Origin: Lytechinus pictus | Taxonomy: Eukaryota | Reading direction: 5' to 3' | Assembly (NCBI RefSeq): GCF_037042905.1 | Contig: NC_087252.1 | Span: 20,152,001 to 20,216,000, forward strand | Length of the DNA stretch: 64,000 nucleotides | In this document: positions 1 to 12,155 of the stretch, piece by piece | Position numbering within the stretch: position 1 is the first letter of the stretch | Layout: each line of letters starts with the position of its first letter | The notes under the pieces: generated by a model | What the model was told of the DNA's origin: nothing | The model's database searches: none | Seen by the model: the letters and a program-made list of their open reading frames with translations, nothing else | Position numbers and translations under genes: made by a program

Positions 1-41
1 CCCCCACCATCCTCCATCCCATTTTTTGTTATATTTGTATA

Positions 42-293
42 CACGGCAAAAACTCTGGTGTTGATTTAACACCAGCCCATAATCTACATGTATATATGTC
101 CACACCAAAGAAGTGTTAAACAACACCAGCTTCGTTTTGGTCTAACACCAGATAGGTGTTTATATATACAACACCAATTAGTATTAAAACAGCATAGGTT
201 TGATTCAAAACTGGTGTTGTTTCAATACTTCTCTGGTGTGGATATATATAGATTCCGGGCTGATGTTAAATCAACACCGGAGTTTTTGCAGAG
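42..293. mobile_element. MITE with long TIRs (CACGGCAAAAA... ends; CACTA/EnSpm-like)
   Basis: cacggcaaaaactctggtgttgatttaacaccagccc pairs with gggctgatgttaaatcaacaccggagtttttgcagag; TA on both flanks. Confidence 0.7.
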
Positions 294-1123
294 TAAGATG
301 TAATTTTGTAGTCGTACCTTACCTTGTAGGATTGATTTATGTTTTCTTTTACATATGTATTCGTTCGTACATTGTATGTTTGTATTTTTTAAATGTATCC
401 ACTGGACCCCTCAGAAGAACAGCCTGTGGCTGAAGAGGGCCATCCAGCCCACGAGTGGAAAATAAATAAATAAAATAAATCACACATTTTAGAATCTCTT
501 GAACTTAAATACTGACTCTTGATTGTAAAATTGGACATAAACGAACTATATCATGGTTTTAATCACATTGTAATTTCATGTCTTAATGCCATCTGTAAAA
601 GGTTTTGCTGTTCTAAATCATTTTGTCCCACTCTCATCATGAATTCATAGTTTATATACTCAGCTGAGGGTTAACGCAAAGCAGTGACGTCATTCTGCGT
701 GCAAGTACTATTAGAAAGGAGTTTCATCAGGGTTGAATGTACTAAGTCCAGTGGATAGGATAAATGTCTGACATTCCACATCTGCCAAGAAAAGGGTACC
801 TCGACCGGCTCATTTTAAAAATAAATCAGCATTTAGGAAGACTACACCTGACGGGATCAAATTCATCACTTGAAAGAGTAAAATGGCCCTAATTCTTCCG
901 CCAGTAAAAATATAGTTCCATAGTGGTGATATATCTTTCCAATTCGGAAAAAGGAAGTTTAGTAGGTACCCTCCCTAGAATCAGTGTTAGGTTGTCAGTC
1001 ATATTCATTCATTTTTGTCAATCAGCAATATCAAATTTAAAAATTAGCTCTGGGTTGGCTCGAATGAATATCTTTGACCTGCCAGTTGTAGTTAGCCCCG
1101 TGTAACCATCATTTCGGACTTAC

Positions 1124-1420
1124 TTCATTGATCACCCGACAGGTGGCGCTGTCCCCATATCCATCTCCTTTCACAATCCGCATGATTGCCTCCTGATTTA
1201 TCATCTTCCCAGCGATCTCGTTGGCTGAGTTCATGAAGGCCGAGATGTCGACAGGGTTAAATGGAAATTCGACATTTGACGTTGTTGTTATGTTGACCAC
1301 TCCCTCGGCGTCTAAAACCACAGAAGGCGTAGAGTTTTCAAATGGACGTTGGTCGGTATATCCAATGTTGTAGATAGTCACTGATGTTGTAAGGTTCTTG
1401 GGGAAGGCAGCAACAAGTTC
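1124..1420 (-). CDS. Hydrolase exon 8 (ELVAAFPK...ATCRVINE)
   Basis: tttttcag acceptor, gtaagt donor; overlaps ORF 1109..1489. Confidence 0.85.
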
Positions 1421-4400
1421 CTGAAAAATTGAAATTCCGAAAGTTGAGACATGCTTTATATTACGATATAATTTTTTCAACAAGTGCACACCTAGTTCCT
1501 AAACATACAGCACACCTAGTAACTAAACATACAGCACTGATATTTTACAAGAGTTTAATACAAAGCAAATTTGATTACTGTGATATAATTTGGGGCAACT
1601 TAGGAAAGGTTTTGAGTGATAATTTACAAAGAATTCAAAATAGAACCCTCCGTTGTGTATTAGACGTGGATTGGATGTACCCATCCGAACATATATTTCA
1701 AGAATTAGAAATTAAAAGATTAATAGAAAGAAGAAATGTACGCACCTTACAAACAATGTACAAGATAATGCATGGTATGTTACCAGAGAGCGTTCGTAAA
1801 CAATTTATTTTAAGTGATTGTAACTACATGCTAAGATCATCGTCTCTAAAAATCAAATTACCCTTAGTTAAAAGCAATTATAAGAAAAGAAGTCTACAGT
1901 ACAGGGGGCCAGAAGCTGGAACGCACTACCTAATGACTTAAAAGTAACTAGTTTCAACATATTTAGATTGGACGCCAGAGTGATGTAAACTTGTTTGTTC
2001 TGTTTGTTTGTTTTTCTTTGTAATATTGATGATATTTTAATTGTATATTTATTTCGTATTATGTATCTTAATTGTATATACATGTAATGTGATTTTAATA
2101 TGTACGCACGGACGTTCAGAAGAACAGCCATTGGCTGAAGTTCGTTTACCGTGTTGAAATAAAATAAATGAAATGAAATGAAATGAAATGAAGTTACAAA
2201 TAATGCATAAAGCATTTCCATTTATCTGAATTCAATTCAATTCATTTATTTCCTCTTTCAATCTTTTTACATTTACAATGATAGTTCAATTATACATATT
2301 TACAAAATAAAAAATTTAAATCATTTTTTATAATACAATAATACCATGAAATCGAAAGGGAATGAGACCAACTGAAAAACAGAGTTTGTAGGGTTAATGC
2401 CCCCTTTTATAAGTACATTTTATGAATAAAAAATAATAAAAAATAAAGAAATAAACGATATATATATATAAATGTGTGAAATTATACATATGTACAACAG
2501 CTTTGGCAACTCTCTCTCTCTATATATATATATAATGAATAAGAAATAAACAAATAAAAATAAATAAATAAAAATAAATGATTTAGTATACACTGTATAC
2601 AGAAATCATAAAACGATTAAACATATATACAAAGAGAAATTAATAAACACATTTACATATTAAGCTCTGAATTATATTACTTTGGAAAAAAACGATAATC
2701 TAATATGAATTCAGAAGATATGTTTTAAGTTTTCCTTTGAAATTTTGTATTGAATTACATTGTATAATATCCTCTGAAAAAGAATTCCATAATTTTGGAC
2801 CAGTAAAAACAAATGTCTTTTGTGCAAACAATGTTCTATTCAGAGGTAAATGAAAGGAACTCGCCTGGCGAGTGAAGTGCTAATAAATTGTATCATTTTT
2901 TACAAACATATCATTAAAAGGTAACGGTAATTGTTTATTGATAAACTTGTACATTAACTGTCCGAGTTGAAAAGAATATAAATCTTTAACCTTCAAGACT
3001 TTATTTCTCAAAAACAGAATATTTGTATGTGCCCTGAATTATGCAGGACTAATAATACGAATTACTCTTTTTTGTAATATAAAAAGTCTATTAATTTGAT
3101 AATTCGCTGCGTTACCCCATGCAACAACTCCGTAATTCAAGTATGGTAAAATTAACGTTGAATATAATGATAACAAAATATAATGGGGTAAGAAGTGACT
3201 TAATTTTCTAATGACACCAATGTTGCGAGCAATGATTTTACAAATATTATCAATATGTGATTTCCAATAAATTTTTTCGTCAAGTTAAAAGAGCAGGTTA
3301 AAAGAGTATTAAAAGAGTAGGTTAAAAGAGCATTGTCGATTAAAAGAGCAGGTTAAAAGAGCATTGTCGATTAAATGCCTTTCTAACGGGCATAGGTGCA
3401 TGGCCGGGGATGGAACCCCGGACTTTCCATGTATAGGCAGGCGCCTTAGACCACTCGACCACGACACCTCCAAATGTTGATGATATTACGATATAATTGA
3501 AAATAGGGTACTTATATAGCGCACATCCACCTTAATGCTGAAGCAGTAGCGGACCGTGACCCGGAGATGACAAAGCATTGGGGGGGGGGGGGGGGGCACT
3601 GCATTGTTTGTGAACAATGCCGTGCCCCCCAATGCTTTGTCTCCTCGGGGTCACGGTCCGCTACTGTGCTGAAGGTGCTAAAAGCGTTCCTTTATTACCA
3701 TGATTACCCCGGCCATGTTAGTCTACCGATTCAGATGCTCGCAGCTTTTCAGGATTTCCTTTCTGCCTGTATGGTTGGAACTACCCCTTATCGACCACCT
3801 AATTTTCTAAGCATCGTATCTGCACAAATATTTATCAGTTTTACCTCGTTTTCGTCTCATTTCTGCAGATAGTTGAGCGGATCAGACTCCCATGCTTCGA
3901 TCGACGACTCCGATTCTATTGGCGTATATACCGGCGAACAACGAATGCGACGATTCTGCATTTGCTCATTTGCTCTCAGAAATGCTCCATAATTTATAAA
4001 TATTAACTAGACCCTACTCACACCCTCCCCTCCACACACACACACACCTTCACACATACACGGTATGTCAAACATATACCTGTGCATCTGTGATCCACGG
4101 TGAAGCTTCCCCGTTCCATTCGATATCCTTGAATGTAGAAAGTGGCGCCATCTTCAATTTTGTTTCAAAATGGCGAGCTTCTAAGTTCTCAAACGCTGTG
4201 CCCTTGTTCAAATCCATGTTATACGACATGAAGTCACTTATTACCTATTAGATGTTAAGCAGTACAAGATGATAACAATAGTAATAATATTGATAGTAAT
4301 GGTGGTTATAATTACGATACTGCGCTTAAATCCTGCTGAACAAAAGTCCCTATAAATACGCATGATTTCACTGGTTCTACCACATGGCATTTTCCCTGCA

Positions 4401-7400
4401 CACAGTAAAAAAAAATTATACAACGCTGTTTAATATATGAACCTTACAGCAATTGTTTAAACGGTTTAAACAACTGTTTAAATCTTAAGCAACAAAGTTT
4501 AATTTTCAATATCTAATTTTCAATAAATTAAACATGATTGTTTAAATGGTTAAACAAATACTGTAAGGTTCATATAGTAAACAGCGTTGTATAAAATCTT
4601 AAACAGCGTTTTTACTGTCCACCGCGTTTCAAGGAATAAAGCTGCCATTTACCTCACCCGAGATGATCGCAGCAGAATATGGTTAAATTTCTTGCCGGAT
4701 AAAATAGACGCCCAGAGCAGGATTTGAACCCATTGCCCTCTGACTATTAAAAAAACGGGGAGCCAGAACCACTTCACTATCAGGTGCCGCGGAAAGGGGA
4801 AGGGGCTGCCGCACTTGTTTTTCCGAAACCGTGTACATAAACGTAAAAATAACCATCAAATTATGATTTTTTTTTATGGTCAGCCCCCCCCCCCCCCCCG
4901 TTCACTTTCAAAACAGTTCCACGGCCCCTGCTATGACGCCTCCATAAAATATAAAGAAATTAAGTAAATTAAAGGCACTATACTACAATTATGGTAATGA
5001 CTTTGTCGTAAGTTTTGTAACTGAAGAGTTGTTACGAAGCACAAGTTACAAGGGCAGTCAGTGGTCAAGTATGTTAAAAAAATCCACGATTGCTTCCAAA
5101 AAACGGGGTCTAAAATGGCTGATATTACTGACAAATGGACATAGTACATTCAATATCTGCCTTGATATATGATTTTTTTTTTGGAGGGTCCAAAATACGT
5201 AAGGACAAATTTATAATACTTGAATAAAAAAAACGAAGACTATAATTCCCCTTTTGGGTCTCGCTCAATGCAGTATATGATATATTTGTCCTTGGAGACG
5301 AATTTTCTTTCATTGAATCATCTTTACATAAAATATTCTTCATTATCATTTTCTCACCTCTGCCAACAATGACCAGGCTTCAGTAGCAGTCAGCTCAGAG
5401 GAAATATCCCTCTCAACAACCTCTGGGGGAACTTCTCCAGAAGCGAACTGAAAGTGATTCACTCCCTCCATGATAATTACTGGTTTAGTTGCGAGAGCTG
5501 CTGGGTCCTCGGTCAGCAGTGTTTCTAATTCTCTGCCGGTAAAAAAATAAAGTTTTACAGTATGCCCATTTTTTCCTTCTTTTTTTAGGGGGGGGGGGAG
5601 GAAAATAAATATTGTATACATAAACAAGGTACGACATCGACACTTTTCATTGTATAATTTCTAGAGATACATGCAATAAATAACGGAAATAACTGTAGAT
5701 AAATTAATAAATATATATAAAATACGTATATATATTCAGAAATGTAATTGCCGTATAAAAACACAGTGCCCACAGCAAGGGATATGTTTAGAAAGGCGGC
5801 CCTCGTCTACAAAGCCAGCACCCTACACGAAAACGAGGGAAAATGCTACTATGATCTTGCATGGGGTACTTTCAAGGACAGATACAGGAATCACATCGAA
5901 TCAATGAAACATGAAAAATGCAAAAATGAAACTCAACTCTCTAAGTACATATGGAAACTAATTAAAGCAAACGCTAAATTTCAATTAACGTGGGGGATAG
6001 AAAAGAAGTCTAACATTAACCTAAGAAAGAGTGGGCTCTGCAATCTCTGCCTAGAAGAGAAGTATATCATAATCACTAATAATAAAAAGTGCCTCAACAA
6101 AAGGTCAGAAATAATATCAAAGTGCCGCCACAGACACCGACCAAGAGCCCCCAGAAAACCAATCAGGTGTGACGACCCATCGCAGCACGCAGACACGACC
6201 ATGTCGTCAAATCATCAGTCTGCCTGATGAAGATCGCCGAAAGCGTGAAACCGACTGTAGTAGAACGAGCTGACCAAGGTATGAATATATAAATTGCTCT
6301 GCCTCGGCATTGAGCACTTTTGGAAACCTCAACCAATCCCATACCAAGTGGATATATATATTTATTTCGTCATTTCTTTTGATTTCCCTTTGTTAAAATA
6401 TTCGTTTGGTATAACGTATTTCTCATTCAAATGGGAAATGTTAAATTTTTACATTACTTTCAGAACAATGGTAGTCAGAGATGACATAATCAATGTATTA
6501 TTAAAATAAAAATCAGTTGCAATGATCAAGTTATTTCTACGGCCATCAATATACTATTTTGCAATAAACGTGTATGGAAATTGGGGGCCCATCTTTAAAG
6601 TACCTTGGTGGTTCTAGGGAACTTTTATGGGGGCGTGGGGGAGGGGAGGAGGCATACCTAGATAATATAAAGGTAAGGCAATTTTTTTTTCTAAATCGAA
6701 TTCTATAGACACCATCGAGCCCACTTCTTACGATACTTTTCTTTGTTCTTCCTTAGTTTAATTGCTCCCCCCTTCTCTTTTATTTCACTCTTAAAAAAAA
6801 AATATCCAGAGATGGGGCTATCGCTCAACACCTCCTGTTACGCCGGCCATACCTGAACGGTTTTTCTATTCTCGTGATCCTAACTTGACCATCTAGATCC
6901 CCACTCAGATGCATGATGGGGGTTGGGAATGCAGCCAGATCAGCCGAAGCCCCGGTTAGGTATGAACCCCATAACATCAAACCTTGTGCAGCAGACGGAT
7001 TACTGTTGACATAACTTTGCAAAAACACACCTGTCCAAGGAAATGACAGAATAGGGCGTAAGCTCGAATAATAATGATGATAATGATAATAATGATAGTA
7101 ATAAAAATGATGATGATAATAATAATAATAATAATGATAAAAATGATATTAATAATGATAATATAATAATAATGAAATAGGAATAAAATAATAATAATGC
7201 ACTAATACCAACGTCATATCGATTCGGGATAGCTCTGTCAGTTCCGATAATAACTATGTCGTATAACTCGAAATAAACAAAATGGAGCGTAAGTCATGTC
7301 AGCCTAAAATACATGCTTTGAGAAAAATCTTACCTCCAAGGGAATGGCCCGCAAAAAACATCGGTGTGTTAGCCGGCATACCAGATCTTACAAGATCGAC

Positions 7401-9307
7401 TATGGAATTGTTTATTTTGAGAGATATCTGCATAAAATAAACCAGTTATTTTGTGATTAAAAAGGGTATCGAACGCCCCCAAAACATACTGAATACCATA
7501 AAAAAGCGAGCCTTTCTTTTTGTTTCGCAGAGCCGATCTGCGCTAACTCTAGTGCAAAGTAAATAAATTCAAATGAGAATATCGTGAATATTGCTGTGAA
7601 AACATGATATCAATATATTACATTTATTGGTGTTATTTCAATTACTCACACCTGATTTATTGAATAGTTAAACCATTTTTTTAATAATCGAGCCATTTTA
7701 TACGGCTTATATTCAACATTGTGTATTGCAGGTATTTCATTTCCGCAGAACATCGTAATAGTAGGAGCAGAACAAAATGAACTGAATGTAAAAATAAATA
7801 AAACGTAGATCAACAAATAATTCAAGGAATTATGGCAAAGAAGATCGCAATTACATTTAATTTAATTTGATGAATGGAATCACATATTCACCTCTGGAAA
7901 GAACGGCCTATTCTCCAAGTAGTCTGTCGTCAGAGCGACCCACAGCCTTAATGGAGACTGACGCTGGATCCTATCTGTAAGAGAGAGGTATGCTTCACCA
8001 CGGATCTCTGCTCCTGGAATCACTACCAATGCTGCCTCTACTCCGTGGTCGCGTACGGGTTCGAAGATCACTGTCGATGGGCCTTGGACTAGGGGAAAGA
8101 CGACTAGTAAGGCCATTTATATTAATTCCGGGATATATCTCAGATATAATTTCTAGTAATGAAACCATGAAAATATTGTCCTTGAAAATATTTATTTACT
8201 GCGACAAATACGTGAAAGACAAAGAGACCGGAAACACCATCTCAATTTTATTCCATATATTACACGTGCTGCAATTCCATTCGTTGAACGAACAATTTTT
8301 TATTATCATGACAATTTTTTTTACAGACATATTGAAAGTGTATGCGCGTTTTTTTTTCTTCCTGTTTTTTTTTTGTTTCTCATATGAATAATACACATTA
8401 ATCTTTAGGTTTTTTTTAGAAAGGCCATTGTTATGTTTACAACGTGTGAAAAACCTGAAAGTTTTAGCGAGCATATGCTGTCGTAAGACAACAATTTCAA
8501 GCCCTATTGTGAATAATTCCCATTAATAACAAGAATTGTCTTTGGCTGATATCGCAAATGATTCTTTGAATTCTTGATATTTGCCTTGTTAAGATAATGC
8601 AATACTTGATATAAAGAACGGAATATTTGGTAATAATAAATGGGATCAAAGGCAAAAAAGGCTGGCTTTAGAGTACATTGATATGAAAAGAACAGTGGAG
8701 AGTTTCATCAAGAAACTTGTCTGATGTTTAATCCGACAAAGTCTGTTTTATCAGACATTTACATGTACCTCAAGCTGGTAGCAGTGCTCTCCGCCAATCA
8801 AAATCAAGGGAAACTGTCAGATCTGACAACTCGTCAGTCACATTGTATTGATGAATCATTAGGTGTGACAAAACTTCGCGCTTTTCATAGGCCTACAGCA
8901 ACTATGTAGCTTGGCCATGGACCAACCATGCTCAGTGTAATCTCGTGTAAATTTCAGGGTCCGATTTCATGAAGATTTGTTATAATAGCATCAGCCAATC
9001 AGATTGAATGATTTCAGAAGCTTTTAAACTGCTTTTATAACAAGGTTTATGAAACGGGCCTTTGTTATACCTGGGTGTTTTGTATAATTGGAGATGTATG
9101 TTTACAGTTTATTCAAACTTGCACCATGAATGGTTTGTCATATATTGGATGCCGGGGTCCTTTAAGGGCAATCATTTTGTTCAGGACCTTTGTAACGGCA
9201 ACACATTTCCCAAAATTAATCGTAGAAAGAACATGAAAGCTCAAAAGTGATTCTTTCTAGCCATGAAAAAAAATCATTACCAGCCTTTCACCTACCCCGC
9301 CCGCCCA

Positions 9308-9348
<41 letters not shown>

Positions 9349-10349
9349 GCTGTACTTCTGTCTTATTATTCTTCTTCGTCCCTACTAATAGTGAGTTTTC
9401 GCAAGTACAGCGAAGAAGGATTTAAGAACACAGTAAATGTATTGAAAATACCCGTCAAGTGACAAAGAACAGGACGTCTTTGTCAAAAATTGGTAAACCA
9501 GAAAAGCAGCATTGTCCGAAATTTCAGAGTTCACGAAAAATTTGAAAAATATTTAATTTTCCGATTCACCAATTTTTGACAAAGACGTCTTGGTTGTGCT
9601 TTATCATGTTCTATGTTCTTGAAGACTTCGTCTGTCGTGGAAGCAAAAACTCACTTATCTCTATAAGATGTTACCTGATGTAAAGATATGAATCGCTATA
9701 CCAACGAGGCCACCAATGACCAAGAAGACGATCACGACTACGACACAAATTACCGACGGCGGCGTCCCTTTCGACTTCACAACCGGGATGACAGTCTCGC
9801 GATGATGTCTAAAGAGACGAAATAGAAAAGACTAAGCATGTTTTTTTTTAATAAAGGAGAAGCAATAGTACCCTTTCAGCCTAATTGTCATGTTTGTAGT
9901 GAATGGGATGTCGAGTGAAATATTCGTTTTACTTTTCGTTCTCGAAATCTGGTTGCCTTTGATGCCGTCTAGACCCGTAAAAACCGTAATAGTGACTTTA
10001 GAGATAAAACACAATGCGATAAAAGACTAACAAGACCAAAGCTAATGCAGAAATACATTTTTTGAAAGGCCAAGCAATAATTACTCCGCATACTTGCAGC
10101 TAAAGAAAACAGAATATTGAGAAATATTTGTTTTTCTTGCCCACGTTGATCGACATGATCAATATTAAGGACCGTGGTGTTTTAAACTGAGTAATATCTT
10201 TAAATATTTTGATATGCAGTTGTTTTATAGAAATAACTTCTACCAGTCAACTGATTCCCTTGACTTGATACTGCAGTACCATCCAGTTCTTAGTATCATT
10301 ACTTTAGTGAGAGAAAAAAACAAACATGTATAACATACCTGTCTGCCAT
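1124..10349 (-). CDS. Multi-exon membrane-anchored alpha/beta-hydrolase (Abhydrolase_5-like serine hydrolase); 3'-partial, 417 codons in window
   Basis: Exons 10349-10339, 9808-9675, 8088-7892, 7427-7334, 7030-6853, 5532-5358, 4244-4080, 1420-1124 all have GT-AG boundaries with compatible phases (2,1,0,1,2,0,0). The joined frame is open. Motifs: IPGA oxyanion region, FAGHSLGG nucleophile elbow, SGDLDG acid, EGVNHFQF His. The last exon seen ends at a perfect gtaagt donor, so the gene probably continues left of the window. Confidence 0.85.
1460..2192 (+). mobile_element. 5'-truncated non-LTR retrotransposon (CR1/L2-group) RT C-terminus plus 3' tail
   Basis: ORF 1429..1941 with YKSLIQSKFDYCDIIWG...LQRIQNRTLRCVL; ends in (aaatg)n tail. 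Confidence 0.8.
2228..3285 (-). mobile_element. Degenerate non-LTR retrotransposon fragment (CR1/Crack/Daphne-like), tail-to-tail with the previous one
   Basis: Minus strand reads IIARNIGVIRKLSHFLP...LYSTLILPYLNYGVVAWG...LFILQKRVIRII; (ttgaa)n tail near 2228-2245. Confidence 0.75.
3335..3472 (-). mobile_element. tRNA-derived SINE-like head
   Basis: Minus strand GTGGTCGAGTGGTCTAAGGCG (A-box-like) and GGTTCCATCCC (B-box-like); related fragments near 4630-4780, 16480-16700 and 61590-61780. Confidence 0.55.
3544..3666. mobile_element. hAT-like MITE with 8-bp TSD
   Basis: TIR cagtagcggaccgtgaccc... / ...gggtcacggtccgctactg; TSD tgctgaag at 3536-3543 and 3667-3674. Confidence 0.85.
4080..4244 (-). 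CDS. Hydrolase exon 7 (VISDFMSYN...SPWITDAQ)
   Basis: 55 open codons, phase 0-0, tag acceptor and gtatat donor. Confidence 0.8.
4401..4619. mobile_element. CACAGTAAAAA-type palindromic MITE
   Basis: Inverted arms (tatacaacgctgttt...gaaccttacag / ctgtaaggttc...aacagcgttgtata); CA on both flanks. Confidence 0.65.
5358..5532 (-). CDS. Hydrolase exon 6 (IMEGVNHFQFASG, catalytic His)
   Basis: Overlaps ORF 5346..5627; cag acceptor and gtgag donor. Confidence 0.9.
5770..6365 (+). mobile_element. Penelope-like element 3' fragment: GIY-YIG endonuclease plus pseudo-LTR
   Basis: ORF 5748..6227 has LVYKA...YYDLAWGTFKDRYRNH...TQLSKYIWKL...CNLCLEEK...LNKRSEIISKCRH, characteristic of PLE endonucleases. 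Confidence 0.85.
6215..6273 (+). ncRNA. Minimal type I hammerhead ribozyme motif in the Penelope pseudo-LTR
   Basis: Stem I tctgc/gtaga (extended by tcag/ctga), CTGATGA 6224-6230, stem II cgc-cgaaa-gcg, GAAA 6247-6250, GTA cleavage triplet 6257-6259. Confidence 0.65.
6853..7030 (-). CDS. Hydrolase exon 5 (LMLWGSYL...HLSGDLDG)
   Basis: Overlaps ORF 6825..7028; cag acceptor and gtatg donor. Confidence 0.9.
7068..7198. repeat. (AAT/GAT)n degenerate microsatellite
   Basis: Direct reading. Confidence 0.9.
7334..7427 (-). CDS. Hydrolase exon 4 with catalytic GHSLG
   Basis: Translates ISLKINNSIVDLVRSGMPANTPMFFAGHSLG; ttatgcag acceptor and gtaag donor. Confidence 0.9.
7892..8088 (-). CDS. Hydrolase exon 3 (VQGPSTVIFEP...LVVIPGAEIRGEAY...PFFPE)
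   Basis: tctttcccctag acceptor, GAG|gtgaat donor; overlaps ORF 7880..8116. Confidence 0.85.
9675..9808 (-). CDS. Hydrolase exon 2, transmembrane anchor (VICVVVVIVFLVIGGLVGIAIHIF)
   Basis: tctctttag acceptor, CAG|gtaac donor, open frame, phase 1 joins exon 3. Confidence 0.75.
10339..10349 (-). CDS. Hydrolase coding exon 1 (ATG GCA GAC AG, MADR)
   Basis: GCAATGG start context followed by AG|gtatgt donor; phase 2 matches the next exon. Confidence 0.6.
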
Positions 10350-10810
10350 TGCTCAGCTTTATCCACAGCAAACCAAAAAAAAAAATATAATAAGCTGTAC
10401 TATGAATAAGGTAAGGTTTATTGAACATTGCTTGTTGTACATACATGGTTTGATACAAAGCATGAGAGCTGAGCAGCTACGTAAAGAAGATTCTATTATT
10501 ACACTATAGTTTCATTGTTTGCATGCTTGGGTGAACATCAATATCATGCCCACTGTCATGTTTATAGAATGGCCAAACTGGAGAGCGAGTGAGCGAGCAT
10601 ATGGTAAGTGTGTGTGAAAGAGGGAAAGAGAGAGAGAGTGCGTTCAATGTCACCACCCATCCAAATCGTCAATAAAGTAAACTAAATGACTTGATGTTGT
10701 TACACTGTGAGACAAATATCCAACAAATAACTAGTTAGATCAATTCTAAATTTGATTATTTTTTATTACAGGTATAAAACAAAGGTAAAGAAAATAACAA
10801 ATTATCTTAA

Positions 10811-11263
10811 CCCTATCAAGGCCGGAGGGGGGGGGGGGGGCTCGGAGGCCCCTCCCCCCTCAACGATTCGTGCAATATTTTCACCGTGTGAGTTTTTTTA
10901 CCGTTCCGCTCGCTGACTTTTTACTTTCAAGTCTTGCGCAACTTTTGAGACCAATTTTGCCTCCTCCTGGTACATGGTTCCAAAATTACGCAACATTATG
11001 TAAGTGCATGTCACACAAAAAATCGCTCAAAAACGTGATTTTGTGTACAAATCCAGAAGAGTCCCCAACAAATTTCATTGAAAAAAACAAAGAAATACAT
11101 AAGAAATTGCCAAAAACAATATAATACATAAGAAAATGATTTGATATCACAATTTTGTTCATGTACACTAGCTACGACGGCCGAGATCTAAAGGGGGGGG
11201 GGGCTGGGAGCCCCCCCCCCCCCTGGCCATATGAACTCCCAAAATACCCCGGCCTAGATAGGG
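10811..11263. mobile_element. piggyBac-like non-autonomous element
   Basis: TTAA|ccctatcaaggccgg ... ccggcctagataggg|TTAA. Confidence 0.8.
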
Positions 11264-12087
11264 TTAAATATCTTGAAGATTCGGTTTTATAGTTAATCCA
11301 AAAATATGATACAATATAATAATACATCTTATGAAAAATTATGACTGTCTTCCTATTCCTCTTCCTGAGCGCTGGATAATGTTTGTCGATATTCCCTTCT
11401 GAAAAAGGCACAAATTTATTTTTACGTATTCATGAAAATTTTATCTTTTGCATTGATGTAATAAATTTAGTGAGAGCGCGAAATTTGTTATATTAAGGCC
11501 TGAAAAGGGAATTTAAAAAATACTCTAGAGGTATACATTCACCAATCAAAATGCGAGAGCGCAGCGCCGGCTGATAGGTTTAGACAATCAACACTGAAAA
11601 GCGATATTTTGAGAACCTTATGGAAAACACGAAGAGAATAGGTACTTGACAAATCAAATTCTGTAAATGTTGATACTTACAAAATAAAACGGAAACACCG
11701 AACACTTTGTAAATATCAATTTGTAAATCAACAAAATAAGGAAAGCTCGATGTCCCAGCTGAAATATGTTTTGCATTGACTTCAAAACTTGATATTTTAA
11801 GCTCCATATCAGCCTATTTATTGAGCAAGATATGTATTTCATTGAATATACAACGCCAGTGAGAAGCGCGAGCGAAATTTTTATACAGTGACATTTGAAT
11901 TTTTTTAAAATTATTTTCCAAGTCTTCTCATCTTATTCATTCACTCGTCTTCTTTCTCTTTTTTCTTCTTTTCCCCTCTCTTTTCCCTTTTTTTTTTCTT
12001 TCTTTCCGCCCTTTTTTTGCTCCGCCACTAGGGGGGAGGGGGGGGGGGGAGGGGGGCTGGATCCGCCTATGTGTGTGTGTGTGAATA

Positions 12088-12152
<65 letters not shown>
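12088..12152. repeat. (TA)n microsatellite
   Basis: Direct reading. Confidence 0.95.

Positions 12153-12155
<3 letters not shown>

Noticed and set aside
3390..3472. tRNA gene
   Set aside because: A/B-box-like motifs only, no complete cloverleaf; consistent with a SINE head
7880..8116. ORF-track ATG at 8116 as hydrolase start
   Set aside because: MALLVVFPL overlaps a polypyrimidine tract/acceptor, and a phase-compatible upstream TM exon exists
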